From NCBI RefSeq assembly GCF_001194135.2, contig NC_068990.1:89363083-89427082 (forward strand): a stretch of 64,000 nt of DNA, read 5' to 3'. Each line of letters starts with the position of its first letter. The first letter of the stretch is position 1. This document shows, one piece after another, positions 25,053 through 38,355 of the stretch. The translations under genes were made by a program, and so were the position numbers. Source of the DNA: Octopus bimaculoides. Lineage: Eukaryota. The notes beneath the pieces are model-generated. The model was not told where the DNA came from and did not search any database. It was given only the letters and a program-made list of their open reading frames with translations.

Positions 25053-28000
25053 GTGGGTGTGGGTGTGTGAGATTTAATTCTATTAAAGTTTCGTTTCCGA
25101 TTTATTGATATTTTAACTATCTTTGTTGAAGCGAGTGCAAGTTGAAATAGATTTCAGTCTATGAAAAAACATGTGTTTGGTTTAAACAAATATAGCGTAA
25201 ATTAAATTCTGCTTCGTTAGTTTCAAAACCATTGAAGAACTTTTTTTTTTTCCAAAGAAACGATTTTCTCAGAAGACCAAGTCTTGTCTACTTCAGACTT
25301 TTGATATTTTGCCAATGAGCCCTAAAACTAACCCTAACCCTGACCCTAAAACCCTAACTCTCACATCCTAGTGAAGATCGTGCGGGTGTTAATCTGAAAA
25401 ATTACCGTTAATGATAAAAGTTTCTAACATTGAGAGGCCAGGGATTTTAGGGGAAGTGTCTATGCAAATCACATCAACCTTCATTCAGTATTTGTTTGCT
25501 TTGTCGACATAAGCGATATATGAAAGATAAAAATAAGATAATGACATTCATAATATATGCAACTTAATAGTTTATCTAGACAACTCATTCCTCTCTATTC
25601 CCCTCCACTCGTACTTTTTTTCTGTTCGCCATTTATTCACAAGACTGGAGTAAAAACCTACGAAATACTTTATATAACATCTATTAAGGTCTTGGTAATT
25701 GTGAATTCATGCGAAAAAAAAGTTTAAGAAACACAGAGACTGAGAATTGGAAGTAAAGAATTAACATTTTTTTAAAAAGTAATTAAATTAATGATTTGGT
25801 TGGGAAATTAATAGAAAATCATTTCTATTAGTTTCCTGATTTCTGCAACTGAAATTCTTTCTCAAACTGAGGTTTCTCTAATAAATAACAATGTTTCACT
25901 ACCGTAAATATTTCTCCCTGGCACAATAACACCATATATGGCTTCTTTCCATTCTTTTATAGAATTTCAACGCATCTCTTTTCCGACCGCTTTTCGTATG
26001 CCAAGCGATTAGTGGAGGCGAAAGGCATACCACAAGCTTCTCAGGACCGTTTGGAGGAACAACAGGCTTCCCCTTTGTCGTTCACAAGTCCCACCTTCAA
26101 CCTTCCTTCTTCCCCGACTTCGATCTATTCTTCACCTTCTCCTCCAACATCAAATGTTAAAGTGAACCGGAGGAAGTCATCTGTTCCCCACAAAAGTCCA
26201 GCGAGGTTTGATCCAAATTTTCGTGGAGTAGTACTTGGATTTCATATGAAACTGGTGAATAACGAAAGCCAGTTAACCATTGAAACATTGTCTAAGTAAG
26301 TTTAATTCATTATACTTTTTCCTTCTGTTTATCAACCAATCAACAATAGTGGGATTGAATTAATGAAAACAAATTAATTGAATTAAAACTATTACAGCTG
26401 ATTTCTTTGCTTGTTTCGCTAGTCTAACTTCTTACCATATTGTCACAATGGCTCCATGTGGCCAATTACCACAGAAATATAGCTGCTTTTTTTTTTTTTT
26501 TTTTTTTTTTTTTCCGAATAAAATATAGCTTACCTGTTTTTTCTTCGTTCGTTGTGTTTTCTCCTTCAATATTTTTTCGTAATGGTTTAAGGTATGAACT
26601 GGCAGAATCGTTAGCACGCCTGGACCACTGGAATCGGCCATGACTAATATTCTCAATAACTTATTGGAATTTTCTCCGTCTGTAATCTGATTGCAGCCAT
26701 TTTATTTTAGTTCAGCTTCTGATCTAATGTTAAGGCAAATCATCAATATAGCTTTTATACAATTGAGATTTTGCTACGTCTAACAAATCAATATGTAAAA
26801 ATGGATACAAATGTTTTCTAAAAAATTTTTTACACTCGTTGAACATTATATAGTTTAATAGGCACATTAACGTTGCCACACACACAGGTTCAGTTTTAAG
26901 ACTGGCTTCTGCATTATGTCCTAGAACAAGGTGCTTCAGGCTACTTAGCTCAAAATGGATACCAGTCTACTAATGGTACACCCCTTTCTTCCTCCTGTTT
27001 TCACGGCCTTGCAGGGACAAAGCAGCAGGGTCAAGAGAGCATCTTTGTCTAGCTTTACCTTCCAGTCTCCTTTACCTAAGATTTTCTGTTTTAATTCTAC
27101 ACCAAATTTACTTCCAATATTCTGCTGACCCCAAACTCTACTTTATTAATATCATTTTCTGTCATTGTCTCCTTTTCTTTCCCCTCCTCTTCCCTCACAG
27201 ACTACTGATTTGGTATATCAACTACACCTCTTTTAGTCTAACAATAGTAATCGGTCCTTGTATATATCTAGACACCTGCTATGAGGCTGAAAAGTTCTTG
27301 TGGGATGTAACCAAATGAGGATTCTTCCATTGGTATTTCATGGCTTGGATTCAAATTAGTGAAGAAATTTCAACAGCAGATGTCATCAGCATTGTGATGC
27401 TGTTTTCTAACCAAGTGTTTTTTTTTCATGTTGGGGAACAGATGATAGTCCAATGGGGCCAGATCAGGAGAATAAGGAGGGAGATCAACTAGTTGAAAGC
27501 CACAGTCAAGCACAACAGACATTGAAAACAAAGACTTGTGTACTTGCGCATTGTCCAGATGAAACAAAACTCCTTTCGTAAGTTTCCCTGGGCATATGGT
27601 TTTGATAACCTTTTGTTACTGCCTCACCAAGTTGGCACAGTACCCTCCATTAATGGCATGGCTCTGTTGGAGATGGTCAATAAACACAATGCCTTTTGCA
27701 TCTCATAAAAACTGATGCCATTGCTTTCCCTTTCGATGAAACGACCTTCAGAAACAGAGACAATCCTTCCGAAGAAGGCAAAGGTCGTTTCACCTATGCA
27801 CTATACCATCGCATCACTTCTCCCCATCACGCTCTCTGTTAGTCTCTCACTCCTTTCTATTCACAATCCTCACAGTTTCCCCTCATCATGGTCTCATTCC
27901 AATCAGTCTCTTCCCCATTATACTCTCATCCCCACAATCTGCTATTCGTCCTCTTGGTCATGTTTCCTTGAGCAAACAGACTCTGTAGGGTAGTGATGAT

Positions 28001-31000
28001 TCTTTCATCTTGTGGATCACAAAACAAACTCAATATCATGGTGGTACCTTGATAAAATACGCCCAGTATACAAATGGTTAGCAAATCAGTGGAAACAATA
28101 CAGTATTAAGAGGACCATTCTTCTCTTTCTCTGTAAACAGTTGCCTCTCTAATGCTTATACAATGATAAAATGCATCAAGTATATTTTGTAAAGTGCTTG
28201 ATGTTAGGAACTTCATCCACTATCAAAAATAGAATGCTTTAAGGGAGAGAGAAAGAAATAGAGTAGCAAAAGTGAGAGTAATGTCAACAAGTGATAAAAG
28301 AGGAATGAGAAACAGATGAATACCAAAGAAGATGGGTGATGGTAAGAGAGTAGTTTGATGGTTGTCAGTAATGAGTGATAGGAGGAAACAGTCATGGAAA
28401 TGATTTGCAATAAAGGAGGGGATTGAATATAGGCAGATCCAATGTGATATTATCCTTTGTGCAGGCAGCATGATGGGAGAGAGAGAGAGAGAGAGTTATA
28501 CTAGAGAGGCAGTGATAGATGAGAGTAACAAAGAGGGAGATTTAATATGAATGCAAAGGTTGATAGTCATGGTTGTAGATACACAGCCTGATTTCTATTA
28601 CAGCTGTCACAGATAGCAGGTCCGTCTGTTCTTGTGCTGTTAACTATTTTTTTCAGATCATTATTTCCTTTGCTAATTATGTTTCTTGGTTAATAGAAGC
28701 TATGAATTATTTAGAGCAATAAAATAGCTTAGGTTGGTGTGTGTGTGTGTATATATGTATATATCTATATTGTTTGTCTGATATATTCCTGTTGTATATG
28801 ATGTGCATATACCCTTTCTTTGTTTAACACAACCGCATGGCTAGTCCAGGCTCACAGAACGAAGTTCTTGTGATGACATGGTGCAATAACACATTCTGTA
28901 CTTCCTTACATTTCTAAAGATAAAGCTCACTGGCCACTGTTCCCTTCTCTTCTCTAACATCTGTGCTCTCCAATCCAACTTGGCCCCTATATACTATTTC
29001 CTACTAACATGCAAACTGCACATCCTCTTCCCATCTGTGATGTGACACTTTCAACAATAGTATACCTGTGGTGTATCTGTTAAATTCCTTCCCCTCTCCA
29101 CTGGCTACCACTTTTGAAACCTTGTGAACTCACCTGCCTACCCGCCCTCTCCAATCCCTAGTCTGCTCCACTATATACCACCCTGTAACTTGGGTGTACA
29201 GCCCCTAATCACCTTTCTCTCACATCTTCACCATCTTTCTCTCCTATCTTTCTCCTCCATCTGAGGAAGCCATGTCTCTGTTCCAATGCAAGTACCCTTT
29301 CTGTCCTACTACTCTCTGTCCCAGTTGAGGGGATCATCGTGACCTCACTGCTGCTGGTGCCACATAAAAATCATCCATTCCACACTCTTTAATGTAGTTG
29401 GCATTAGGAAGTGCGGCAGTCAGCCACAGAAACCATGCCAAAGCAGACAGCAGAGCTTGGTGTAGATTTTTGACTTGCCAGTTCCTGCCAAACCATCCTA
29501 CCCATTCCAGCAAGGAAAATGGATGTTCATTAATGATGGTTATGACCTTTTGATTCTTTTAAATGTTTTCTGACATATTTTCAACAACTAGAAACTGCTT
29601 GTTTGTTTGCTTAATTTCCATAATAATCACTAATTTCAAACAATTTAGTCTATCAACTGATTTATTTGCTGTTTGGAATACAATTTAATATATACTGTGT
29701 AATTTTTTGTATAACAATGGTGATTCAATTAAGATTTTGATTTGAAAACGAAGAATGTAAGAGATTTGGTTTCAATTGGTTTGTTATTAAAAGAAATTAA
29801 TGATTTATTTATTGATAATTATGTGTTATATTTGAACTTTAGGAACTTCAAAGAAAAGCAGTTACATCGAAAAGAAAAAACTGTTAATCACTCAGATACA
29901 TTGAGTGGTTCCGAGATGGAGAACTCCCCAAAAAGTATTTCTGAACCTATACATACCGAATCCTGTGAGCATCATAGTAAGTAGAGCAACTTTGTTGGAC
30001 TTAGTCATTTCCAAATCCCTGAATCTTCATATATAACTCAATGTGTAGTTTAATTTTACTAATGGCATTTGTTGAACAAATAATGTTTTACTAGCAGGAC
30101 TTGTGGAAATTCCATGATATAAGTCAACACATCTGAAAACATTATGTCAGTATATTAAACACAAGCAAGGAGTTCCAAAAACATTCATTTCATATCCTGT
30201 CATTTAATCAAAGCGGTGCTTTTAAATATAATTGAAGGAATAAACATGAGCTTACTCACTGAGTTAGATACAAATGGGACTATATTACAAACCTTCCACA
30301 TTACAAATGGGACTATACAAACTGTATGTACAGAAAAAAAAACGAACTAATTTAAATATTTACATTATTTACATTTGACGGATATTTGTCCTCATCTTTT
30401 TTGTTGTTAACACAACGTTTCGGCTGATATACCCTCCAGCCTTCGTCAGGTGTCTTGGGGAAATTTCGAACCTGGGTTCTCATTCCTAACGATGTTACTA
30501 TTATTATATTATTATTATTACTATTACGGTATTGAGGAAGGATAGAAAAATAATAGATTTATAAGCCTTAAAATTCACCCCATAATTGCCCACGGGCATA
30601 TGGCGTGGTTATGAGCGCGGGCTACTAACCCCAAGGTTCCGAGTTCGATTCATGGCAGCGACCTAATTAATAATAGTAATAATAATAATAATATAATAAT
30701 AGTAACATCGTAAGGAATGAGAACCGAGGTTCGAAATTTCCCCAAGACCCCTGACGAAGGCTGGAGGGTATATCAGCCGAAACGTTGTGTTAACAACAAA
30801 AAAGATGAGGACAAATATCTGTCAAATGTAAATAATTCCTCATCTCTTAAATATAGAACTGTAATTTAAATATGTATGAAATAGGCATTATGTGATCACG
30901 GAAAATACTTTACAAGGTATATATGAACTGACTGTAATATGAATGGCATACATATGCAGGAGATTAATAAAACTCTAGATTTACTCTGTCAGCACTTCAT

Positions 31001-32405
31001 TATACACAATGTTTTTTGTAAGAATTTGTTTTCTTGTTTGTCTTGTCTGTTGGTCTCAACAACTCTTACTGTCACATTAGATAGTTTCCCGATCCTAGCA
31101 AATGCCACATATAATTACCCATGGCTGAACACAGGATGTGGCAAATATATTCCAATATTGTTAAATGTCTGTCCCTGTGCCTTATTTATTGTCAGTGAGT
31201 AGGACAGCCTTACAGGAAACAGAACTCCTTTACAAAATGAAAGGAAGGTTGGAATCATCTGCAGCCAGTATCATGCAAGGTATTAGGAAATGCATTCCTT
31301 CTTGTGCACTTGTCATTGAAGTGGCTTCAATGTAATTATTGTGGAGGCTGACACATTCTACATGTAGCACATGCTTATTTTTTGTAAAAATAATCTTTTC
31401 CGTTCTTTCTCTTTTTAGCTAATGTCATCTGTCATTGTCCTTATTTTATAAACAAATGTTTCAATTGAACTGCACCTTGTATTAACTTATCTTTGCAGTC
31501 AAAGTGTGTGAATCATGTAAAACAAAGAAAACTCCTTTGTGGCGAGAGGCTGAAGATGGGACACCATTGTGTAATGCTTGTGGGATCAGGTATGTCTATA
31601 CTTGAAGTTCTTTTACTCATTTCATTTCTGTTATTGATCTGTGATCAGGCTGGGGCATCATCTTGAAGGGGTTCATTCGTCAAATTGACCTCAGTACTTT
31701 TGGTAAGCCAGGAGTTATTCTATTGGTGTCTTTTCACTCATACAGCATACCTCTGCATGTTCTATCTACAAAATTCACCCACAAGACATTGGTCAGCCTG
31801 CGCCTATAGTAGAAGACACTTTCTATCAAAGTACTGTAGAATGGGACTGAACCTGAAATCATGTGGTTGCAAAGTGAACTTCTTAACCACATCGCCAGGC
31901 CTGCACCTAGACAATGGTTACAGACCTTTCAGTGCTGATAACATTCTTTCTTTATTGTTAACATCATCCAGCTTTAGAAACCATGCCAAAGCATATACTG
32001 GAGCCTGATGCAGTTTCTGAGACCACTGAATCCTGTCAAGCTGATTTATGCTAGCATAGAACCGGTATCTGTTTAAGTAACTAACCAACTGACAAGGTGG
32101 GAGTGTCTGTCCATGATACAAATATTTGTGGATTTTTCTGGGGAGGGAATTTTCAAAGGAGAAAATAGCCCGTGGATCGAGATGGAAGGAAAAAGTGAGT
32201 TAAGGTCTCTAGAAGACATGCTACTCCTCATAGTTGAAAACCATGAGAGTAGAATTAAACATCTTTCCTGGAAACACACTGAAAATATCTACAGTGGAAT
32301 GTGACCTCGTAGTCTGTTTATAGTCAGATAAATTATTTTGTTTGTTGCATCTTGATATAAAGTAAAAAGATATACAGGGTGGGGCAGAAAGGACGAATGT
32401 TCTTT

Positions 32406-32450
<45 letters not shown>

Positions 32451-32451
32451 A

Positions 32452-32492
<41 letters not shown>

Positions 32493-32513
32493 ATCTCTCT
32501 CTANNNNNNNNNN

Positions 32514-32588
<75 letters not shown>

Positions 32589-33415
32589 GACCAGCTCATT
32601 TCCAGGTTTGCTGACTTTCCTTGGCCCTCTTAGTCCCCTTATTTGTCCAGGTGTGATTGTTTCTTGTGCGGGGAAACCTCAAAGCATGTGTGTATATACA
32701 TTGGATGATTTGAAGGAAGCTATTCATGTGGAAGTCGCTCAAATCGACAGAGCAACGCTGGAGAGAGTGGATGCCTTCAGAAATGCATCAATGAAACTGG
32801 ACACCACATGATGAATATTGTTTTACACACTTGATTTTGATGTCAAAATTTGTTTGCAGCTAAAATTAATGATTTTTGTGAATCTTTCAAAAAACGTCCA
32901 TCCTCTCTGCCTCAGCTTGTATAACTGTTATGTCTCAAGCTACTGCTATCTAGCACCTTAGGATGACCGCTACACAACTGCTACTTAACACTCCTACCAC
33001 GGCCAGACTACCTCTATTTATGTCTTGGGAGATCCTACTTCTTTGCCTGGGGGCGTCAAGGCAACAATAACAAAAGAAAACAAGCAAATTTAAGGTTCTT
33101 CATTCTCAATCTCTCAGTCCATTAAGAAAATGTTTTATTGATAATGTAGTGTCACTTTGGTATTGCAATGCTTATTGTCAATGTGTATTGTTTTTCTTCT
33201 TTAAAACGGTTCATTAAGAAATTTTTCAACAATGCTTTCTAAACAAGTTTTATATATTTTTAGTTTTGTGTCTTTTCCATATTTTTTACAGGTACAAAAA
33301 ATACAGAATTCGTTGCAGTGAATGTTGGCACGTTCCCAAAAAGGATGACAAGACCTACCCCAAGTGTCTTCGCTGTGATTCAATGTTGCGATTTACAACG
33401 AACCGAAGAAACTAA
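23408..33415 (+). CDS. ZGLP1: GATA-type zinc finger protein 1 (GLP-1). Exons 23408-23538, 25963-26295, 29843-29976, 31499-31589, 33292-33415; 270 aa from this ATG (true start may lie upstream)
   Basis: GATA finger [58 protein letters not shown] matches the ZGLP1 signature ([24 protein letters not shown] followed by CxxC...CxxC). Upstream family motif RRK...[13 protein letters not shown]. Exon phases 2-2-1-2 all join. Confidence 0.92.
27282..27800 (-). mobile_element. Mariner transposase remnant (same family as 3990-4232) in ZGLP1 intron 2
   Basis: [11 protein letters not shown]...[27 protein letters not shown]; colinear nucleotide similarity with the 4 kb copy; TA plus TIR-like end near 27282. 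Confidence 0.9.
30409..30454 (-). ncRNA. Minimal type I hammerhead ribozyme motif (antisense copy, fully paired helix I)
   Basis: Minus strand GACAC-CTGACGA-A-GGCTG[GAGGGTATAT]CAGCC-GAAA-C-GTT-GTGTT. Confidence 0.75.
30746..30791 (+). ncRNA. Minimal type I hammerhead ribozyme motif (sense to ZGLP1 pre-mRNA)
   Basis: GACCC-CTGACGA-A-GGCTG[GAGGGTATAT]CAGCC-GAAA-C-GTT-GTGTT: intact core, 5-bp helix II, palindromic ACGT helix III, one mismatch in helix I. Confidence 0.7.
32375..32919 (+). mobile_element. Internally deleted Tc1/mariner-superfamily element containing a (CT)n tract
   Basis: TA-flanked imperfect TIRs (CAGGGTGGGGCAGAAAGG / CCTCTCTGCCTCAGCTTG); transposase tail [11 protein letters not shown]...[24 protein letters not shown]. 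Confidence 0.75.
32926..33066. mobile_element. Solo LTR, 141 bp
   Basis: TGTT...AACA ends, perfect 5-bp TSD ATAAC; homologous to 46395-46537. Confidence 0.85.
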
Positions 33416-34464
33416 ATCATTTACTTGTAAAAGATACTTTAATATGACAACTGCTTTACTTGCCACTTCAATAAAAAAATTGTACACAAGTCTGTCTGGT
33501 AAATATGCTACTAGGATAAGATATATATTCCAACTTTGTTTCTGAAAGTGAAGGGCAGAAAATAATGATTTACATAATTGCCAGAAAATAAAGCTGCTGA
33601 GATTATTTTACCTGCTCCAGGAACAAATATTTCCATTCAACATCGGGTGTAACATATATATATATATATANNNNNNNNNNNNNNNNNNNNNNNNNNNNNN
33701 NNNNNNNNNNNNNNNNNNNNNATAAGTTTTTAAAATTAAGCACCTTTTGTTCAAATTCCAGCTTATGGTGGTAGCAATGGCTAATTCAGTAGAATGGCAG
33801 ACAGAATTTGTTACATTTCATCCTCTCAGTTTTGGGTTCAAGAACTGTCAGGATCAGCATTGTTTTCTGTCCATTCAGATGTTTGATTGAACAATTAGTA
33901 ATCAGATATTTGGGTGGACAAATCCATTCATCTTTCTAATATATCCCACTCTACCAATTTTTTTTGCCAACATCAGTGTGATGTTTCATTCAGAGCAGGA
34001 GCAAACTGTTGCAAGTGTAGAGTAGTGGACTAAATATCTTAGAATATTTAGTTTCATCTCCTTTCATCCTTAATTCAAATCCTATTGGAATTGACTAAAC
34101 CTTTTCTCTACCCACGATTGATGGGTATTAATATACTGGGATTGATTCAGTCAGTTCTATCCCTTCTTTACAAACACTGGCCTTGTAAAGACTTAAAAGC
34201 CATTATTATGTTGTAAAGTTTATAATACCTCAGACTTCTAGTCTTTTGAATTTGGTATGTATTTTGCCATATTTCTTATAAAGAATAAGAAAGAATTTTA
34301 ATTCTGTCTTTGTTATAGTTTAACAATTTTTTTTTCTCAGGATTTTATTTTATTATGGATTTATGTTTTTATTTTTGAAGCTGATAACTTCAACAGGGAA
34401 TTACTTAAGTACTTGAGCTTTGCATCTCTACTTTGTAAATTCAGATGCACTTCGACTCTGTCTG

Positions 34465-34504
<40 letters not shown>

Positions 34505-34602
34505 TACTTCTGAATATTCTGACATCAATATAAAAAATCTTTTTGTTGCACCCAAGGGTACACCAAATACTCCCATTTAAAAATTGTAATTTATGTTATG
34601 TG

Positions 34603-34642
<40 letters not shown>

Positions 34643-35114
34643 GTGTGTGTTTTAAAACAAGGGTATATGAAAAATCTTAATACAAACAATTAAAATTGAA
34701 GTTTACTGTCAATGAATTGTGTGACTTATTGCGGAATCTTAGGAAATTTATGTATTTATTACTTTATTGGAACTCTGTATATTTGAAATATTGTCTCTGG
34801 GGTCATTGATGGACATATCTAGAAACCACATTTTTATTTATTTTTTCCTTCATGCAGGACATGATTTGTTTATTTTTTTTTCTCACTTCACTCTCAAAGT
34901 GATAAAACCTTATTTCCTTTAACACTTGAAATCTCAGTTCAAAAAAGAATCTGTTATCCTTACAAAATTTCAATATAATTTCGATTGCAAAATACCAAAT
35001 TGGTATCTAAAGACAAAAAAGTTAAAAGAAATAATCACTTAATTAAACCATTTCTTTCAAATACATTTAAGTTTGGGAACAAATCTGAGATTAAAAGTAT
35101 AATTTATCTCATTT

Positions 35115-35147
<33 letters not shown>

Positions 35148-35759
35148 CCAAATGTATAAAGAAAAAACCCCTTTCAATTTGGAGAATAAATATACCCCAA
35201 ATCCAAGAAGTGGTGTACATACTTTATTTGTTCCCTTTCTTAATTCATTAGAAAACAGTAAATATTTTGATGTATTTAATAAAATAAATACCAATTGTTT
35301 CCAATTTGTTTTTTTTATCTGTTCACAAAGATGACATTGTTCTAAAGCACTAAGGTGTTTTATACCAAGCATCGTCCATGTTTAATAGGTCAAAGATATT
35401 TCTTTGTGCCTTCACTCCAATAACAGTGTTTGTCATCATATTCTCAAGGATGGCAGAAAATTACTGAAGGTGTGCATTGGCGGCAAATAACCAAAGAAAT
35501 GTGACTGAAAATATAGTTAGAATGATGGAAAGTCAAGATGATCATCATGATGTTTGTATCCTCATAATCACTGCCCCATTTACCATTCTCCCAAGCACAC
35601 CCTGTAAAATTCAAGAAAGGATGAGCTTAACGTCACCTACCCATACATTAATCTATCCAAATTACAATATCGATTCAGACCACTGCATTCAACCTCATCA
35701 CTCTATTCATAAACTCAATGCAGAATACATGATGGCTTCTACAATTAAAAAAAACCCCT

Positions 35760-36000
35760 CCCACATTTACCATTCTAATTTCCATTAACAATGCTTTCAA
35801 CCCCCTATGTGAGGAGAAATGTTGGCTAATTTCAAGAAGTATGGAATTCTTGAAGGATGCAGTGTCCTGATGGCTAACAATCACTGTCAGTTTATTCCAT
35901 GCTTCAACAATTTGGAGCATGAGTCATGGGTACTGCACAGATAGTTGAGTTTATAAGCATGTCTGCAGCTGGTAGAGATGTTGGATTGAAAAAAAGTGAC
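35760..36000 (-). mobile_element. CR1-type LINE 3' end
   Basis: LQIVEAWNKLTVIVSHQDTASFKNS corresponds to the CR1 terminal 'V..WN.LP..VV....FK' motif. Confidence 0.65.
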
Positions 36001-36229
36001 TATTTTAATGGAAAATTCAGAGTTCTTCTAAAAAGCCACACATTAAGGGCCCCAAGGGCTGTAGGTTTCCCACTCCTGATTTACACTTACAAATATGACA
36101 AGCTAACGAAGGGGTCTTAGTATGGTTGCTTGAATATTTAGAAATAGCAGTCAAATCTTTCTTAAACTATCATCATTTACATTTACTTTTCCATGCTGGC
36201 AAGAGTTGGCAGGTTATATGACTGGATGC

Positions 36230-36600
36230 TTCTGGAAGGGTGCTGCTATGTTTATTCAGACATCCTAGACCACATTCAGAAAAGGGCCATCCAACTGATT
36301 GGTATGAGGTCACTCACAGACACATCTCCCACCTCAGGCCTACTGGTGAGCTCTTCCTCTCTCTGATTTTTGTATGGTACTATAATGTCATCTGCTCCTC
36401 AGAGCCAGCTGGGGTCATTCTACCTCACTCATATTCTGACCCTATTTGCCTCTTGTCCTCTCCCCTACTCAGGGCCTACATCAAGTGTTACCTTTTTAAA
36501 ACCTTGAACCCTCTGGGATTCCCTCCCTGTTCATGATCTTCCTCACAGATATTGGCTTGCAATGGTTCAAGTGGAATATTAACAACATCAATATCGCAGG
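36230..36600 (+). mobile_element. CR1/L2/Jockey-group LINE 3' fragment (similar to 59800-60660 family)
   Basis: Decayed ILDHIQKRAIQLIG...YYNVICSSE motif. Confidence 0.5.
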
Positions 36601-37004
36601 TCATGCAGGGCCTGTGAAGGCCTTGGGAACTGCCCCTTTCTCTGAAACTAGTAAAATAAAAAATTAAAAAAAAAAAAGTAACTTTATTCCTCAACTTAAA
36701 TTGTAATTTAGCCAGGTTAGTGAAGCTATCACTTCTGTCAACTGCAGAGAAAACGAACAGGAGAAATTGATTTACTATCATCACCATCATCATCATCATC
36801 ATCATCACCAACAGCAATATTATACCATCCCAGTCATCACAACCAGTTATTAATGTCACCCATCAACCACTACCATTGTCATTTACCATCACTATCACCA
36901 TCACCAACACGATCAACATCTCCCACCAAAATCACTTTCGTCACCCCGTCACCCTCAATCACCACCACCACTATCCTCCTCCCTCATCATTACATTCGCT
37001 GTCA

Positions 37005-37120
37005 CCGGAAGAAAGAGGGTGGCGGGAAAGGGAAGAGCTCTCTAAATCGCAAATCCAAAGTTTATAGTGAATGTCGGCAGAGTTACGTCCCTTGTCAATC
37101 TGTTATCATCAATAACAGAA
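37005..37120 (+). promoter_or_regulatory. Elongin A proximal promoter / 5'UTR
   Basis: ETS-type CCGGAAG at 37005-37011 and E2F-type GGCGGGAAA at 37021-37029, about 100 nt upstream of the ATG at 37121. Confidence 0.5.
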
Positions 37121-37744
37121 ATGGCAGATATAAATGCTCAACAGAAATTGATGAAATGTCGAGCTTATTTAGAAGGCAATCCAACCGACGTTAAGGTTAA
37201 TATCAACATTAATATTTAAAAAACAAAATCCATTACGTTACAGTTCATTGTTTTTATAGATTTCCATTTAGATTTAAAAAAACACATCGTAAGCAAAATT
37301 ATAGATATTTCTTTATTATTTTTATAATTTATAGGAAAGGACCCATTCTTCTTTCATCGTGTTTATATATTTTTCCATTCGATCTTCTTATGATTTTTCT
37401 ATCACGTTAGACTCTTCGTTGATTGTTGGGACTAATTAATATTGTTCAGGTGTGTATATCCAACCCGATTACATGTTTAACTTGGATTCAACAAACACCG
37501 ATGACTATTATACACACCAAAATGCAATATATTTGTGTCGTTATATATACATTTCTATTTCAATCGCCCCTCCCTCTCTTTATAAATAGAAGTGCGTTTA
37601 TCTCTATATACCTACAGTATATCTATCTATCTATCTATCTATCTATATGATTGTAATGTTATCTACCTGTCTTTCACACACGCATACATATATACACACA
37701 CACACACGCATACATACATACATACATATATATANNNNNNNNNN

Positions 37745-37788
<44 letters not shown>

Positions 37789-38317
37789 CAAATATCTATA
37801 TGTAAATGTGTGTGTTTCTGCAGTTTAATTTCTTAGCAATTCTGAGTTCGTTGTAATACAATACTGGAGATGATAATTGAAGTTCTCTTCTGAGACGAGA
37901 CTTGTTTCTGTTACGATTCCTGGTTCAAACGTTTTACATCTCTTTACGTCACCAGAAAATTTCCCTTATATAATAAACGAAACTACCCACTCTCTCTCCT
38001 CCCTCTCAGCGTCGTCCTGATCTGATTACAAGAAAAAAAACTTTTGCACTATAAACCTAACCGGATATGAGCTAACAATGGTTCGAATCCAGTTAGGGTT
38101 GGTTAAAAAGTTGGGTCTGTTTTGATTTTGATGTCGATCAATTATACCATACTCATATCAATTTTAAGGTCTTGTCTGCAAAGGCAAGGCTTCAGAAATT
38201 AAGATTCCACCCAAATGGTTTCGATTTTCTGCCATAGCTGTTCACTTTACTTTCGTATATTTTTTATGTTTTCAAAGTCTAAAATTTTCACATACGATTA
38301 ATTTATTGGCTACGTAG

Positions 38318-38355
<38 letters not shown>

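Larger units (their letters stand above)
30359..30861 (+). mobile_element. Non-autonomous Penelope-associated retroelement: tRNA-like head, (AAT)n, and pLTR-like tail, with an inverted 5' tail copy
   Basis: Head at 30595-30663 (B box GAGTTCGATTC), (AAT)n at 30665-30705, tail at 30706-30861. An inverted tail copy at 30359-30525; further tail copies at 44525-44686 and 60916-60991. Confidence 0.7.
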
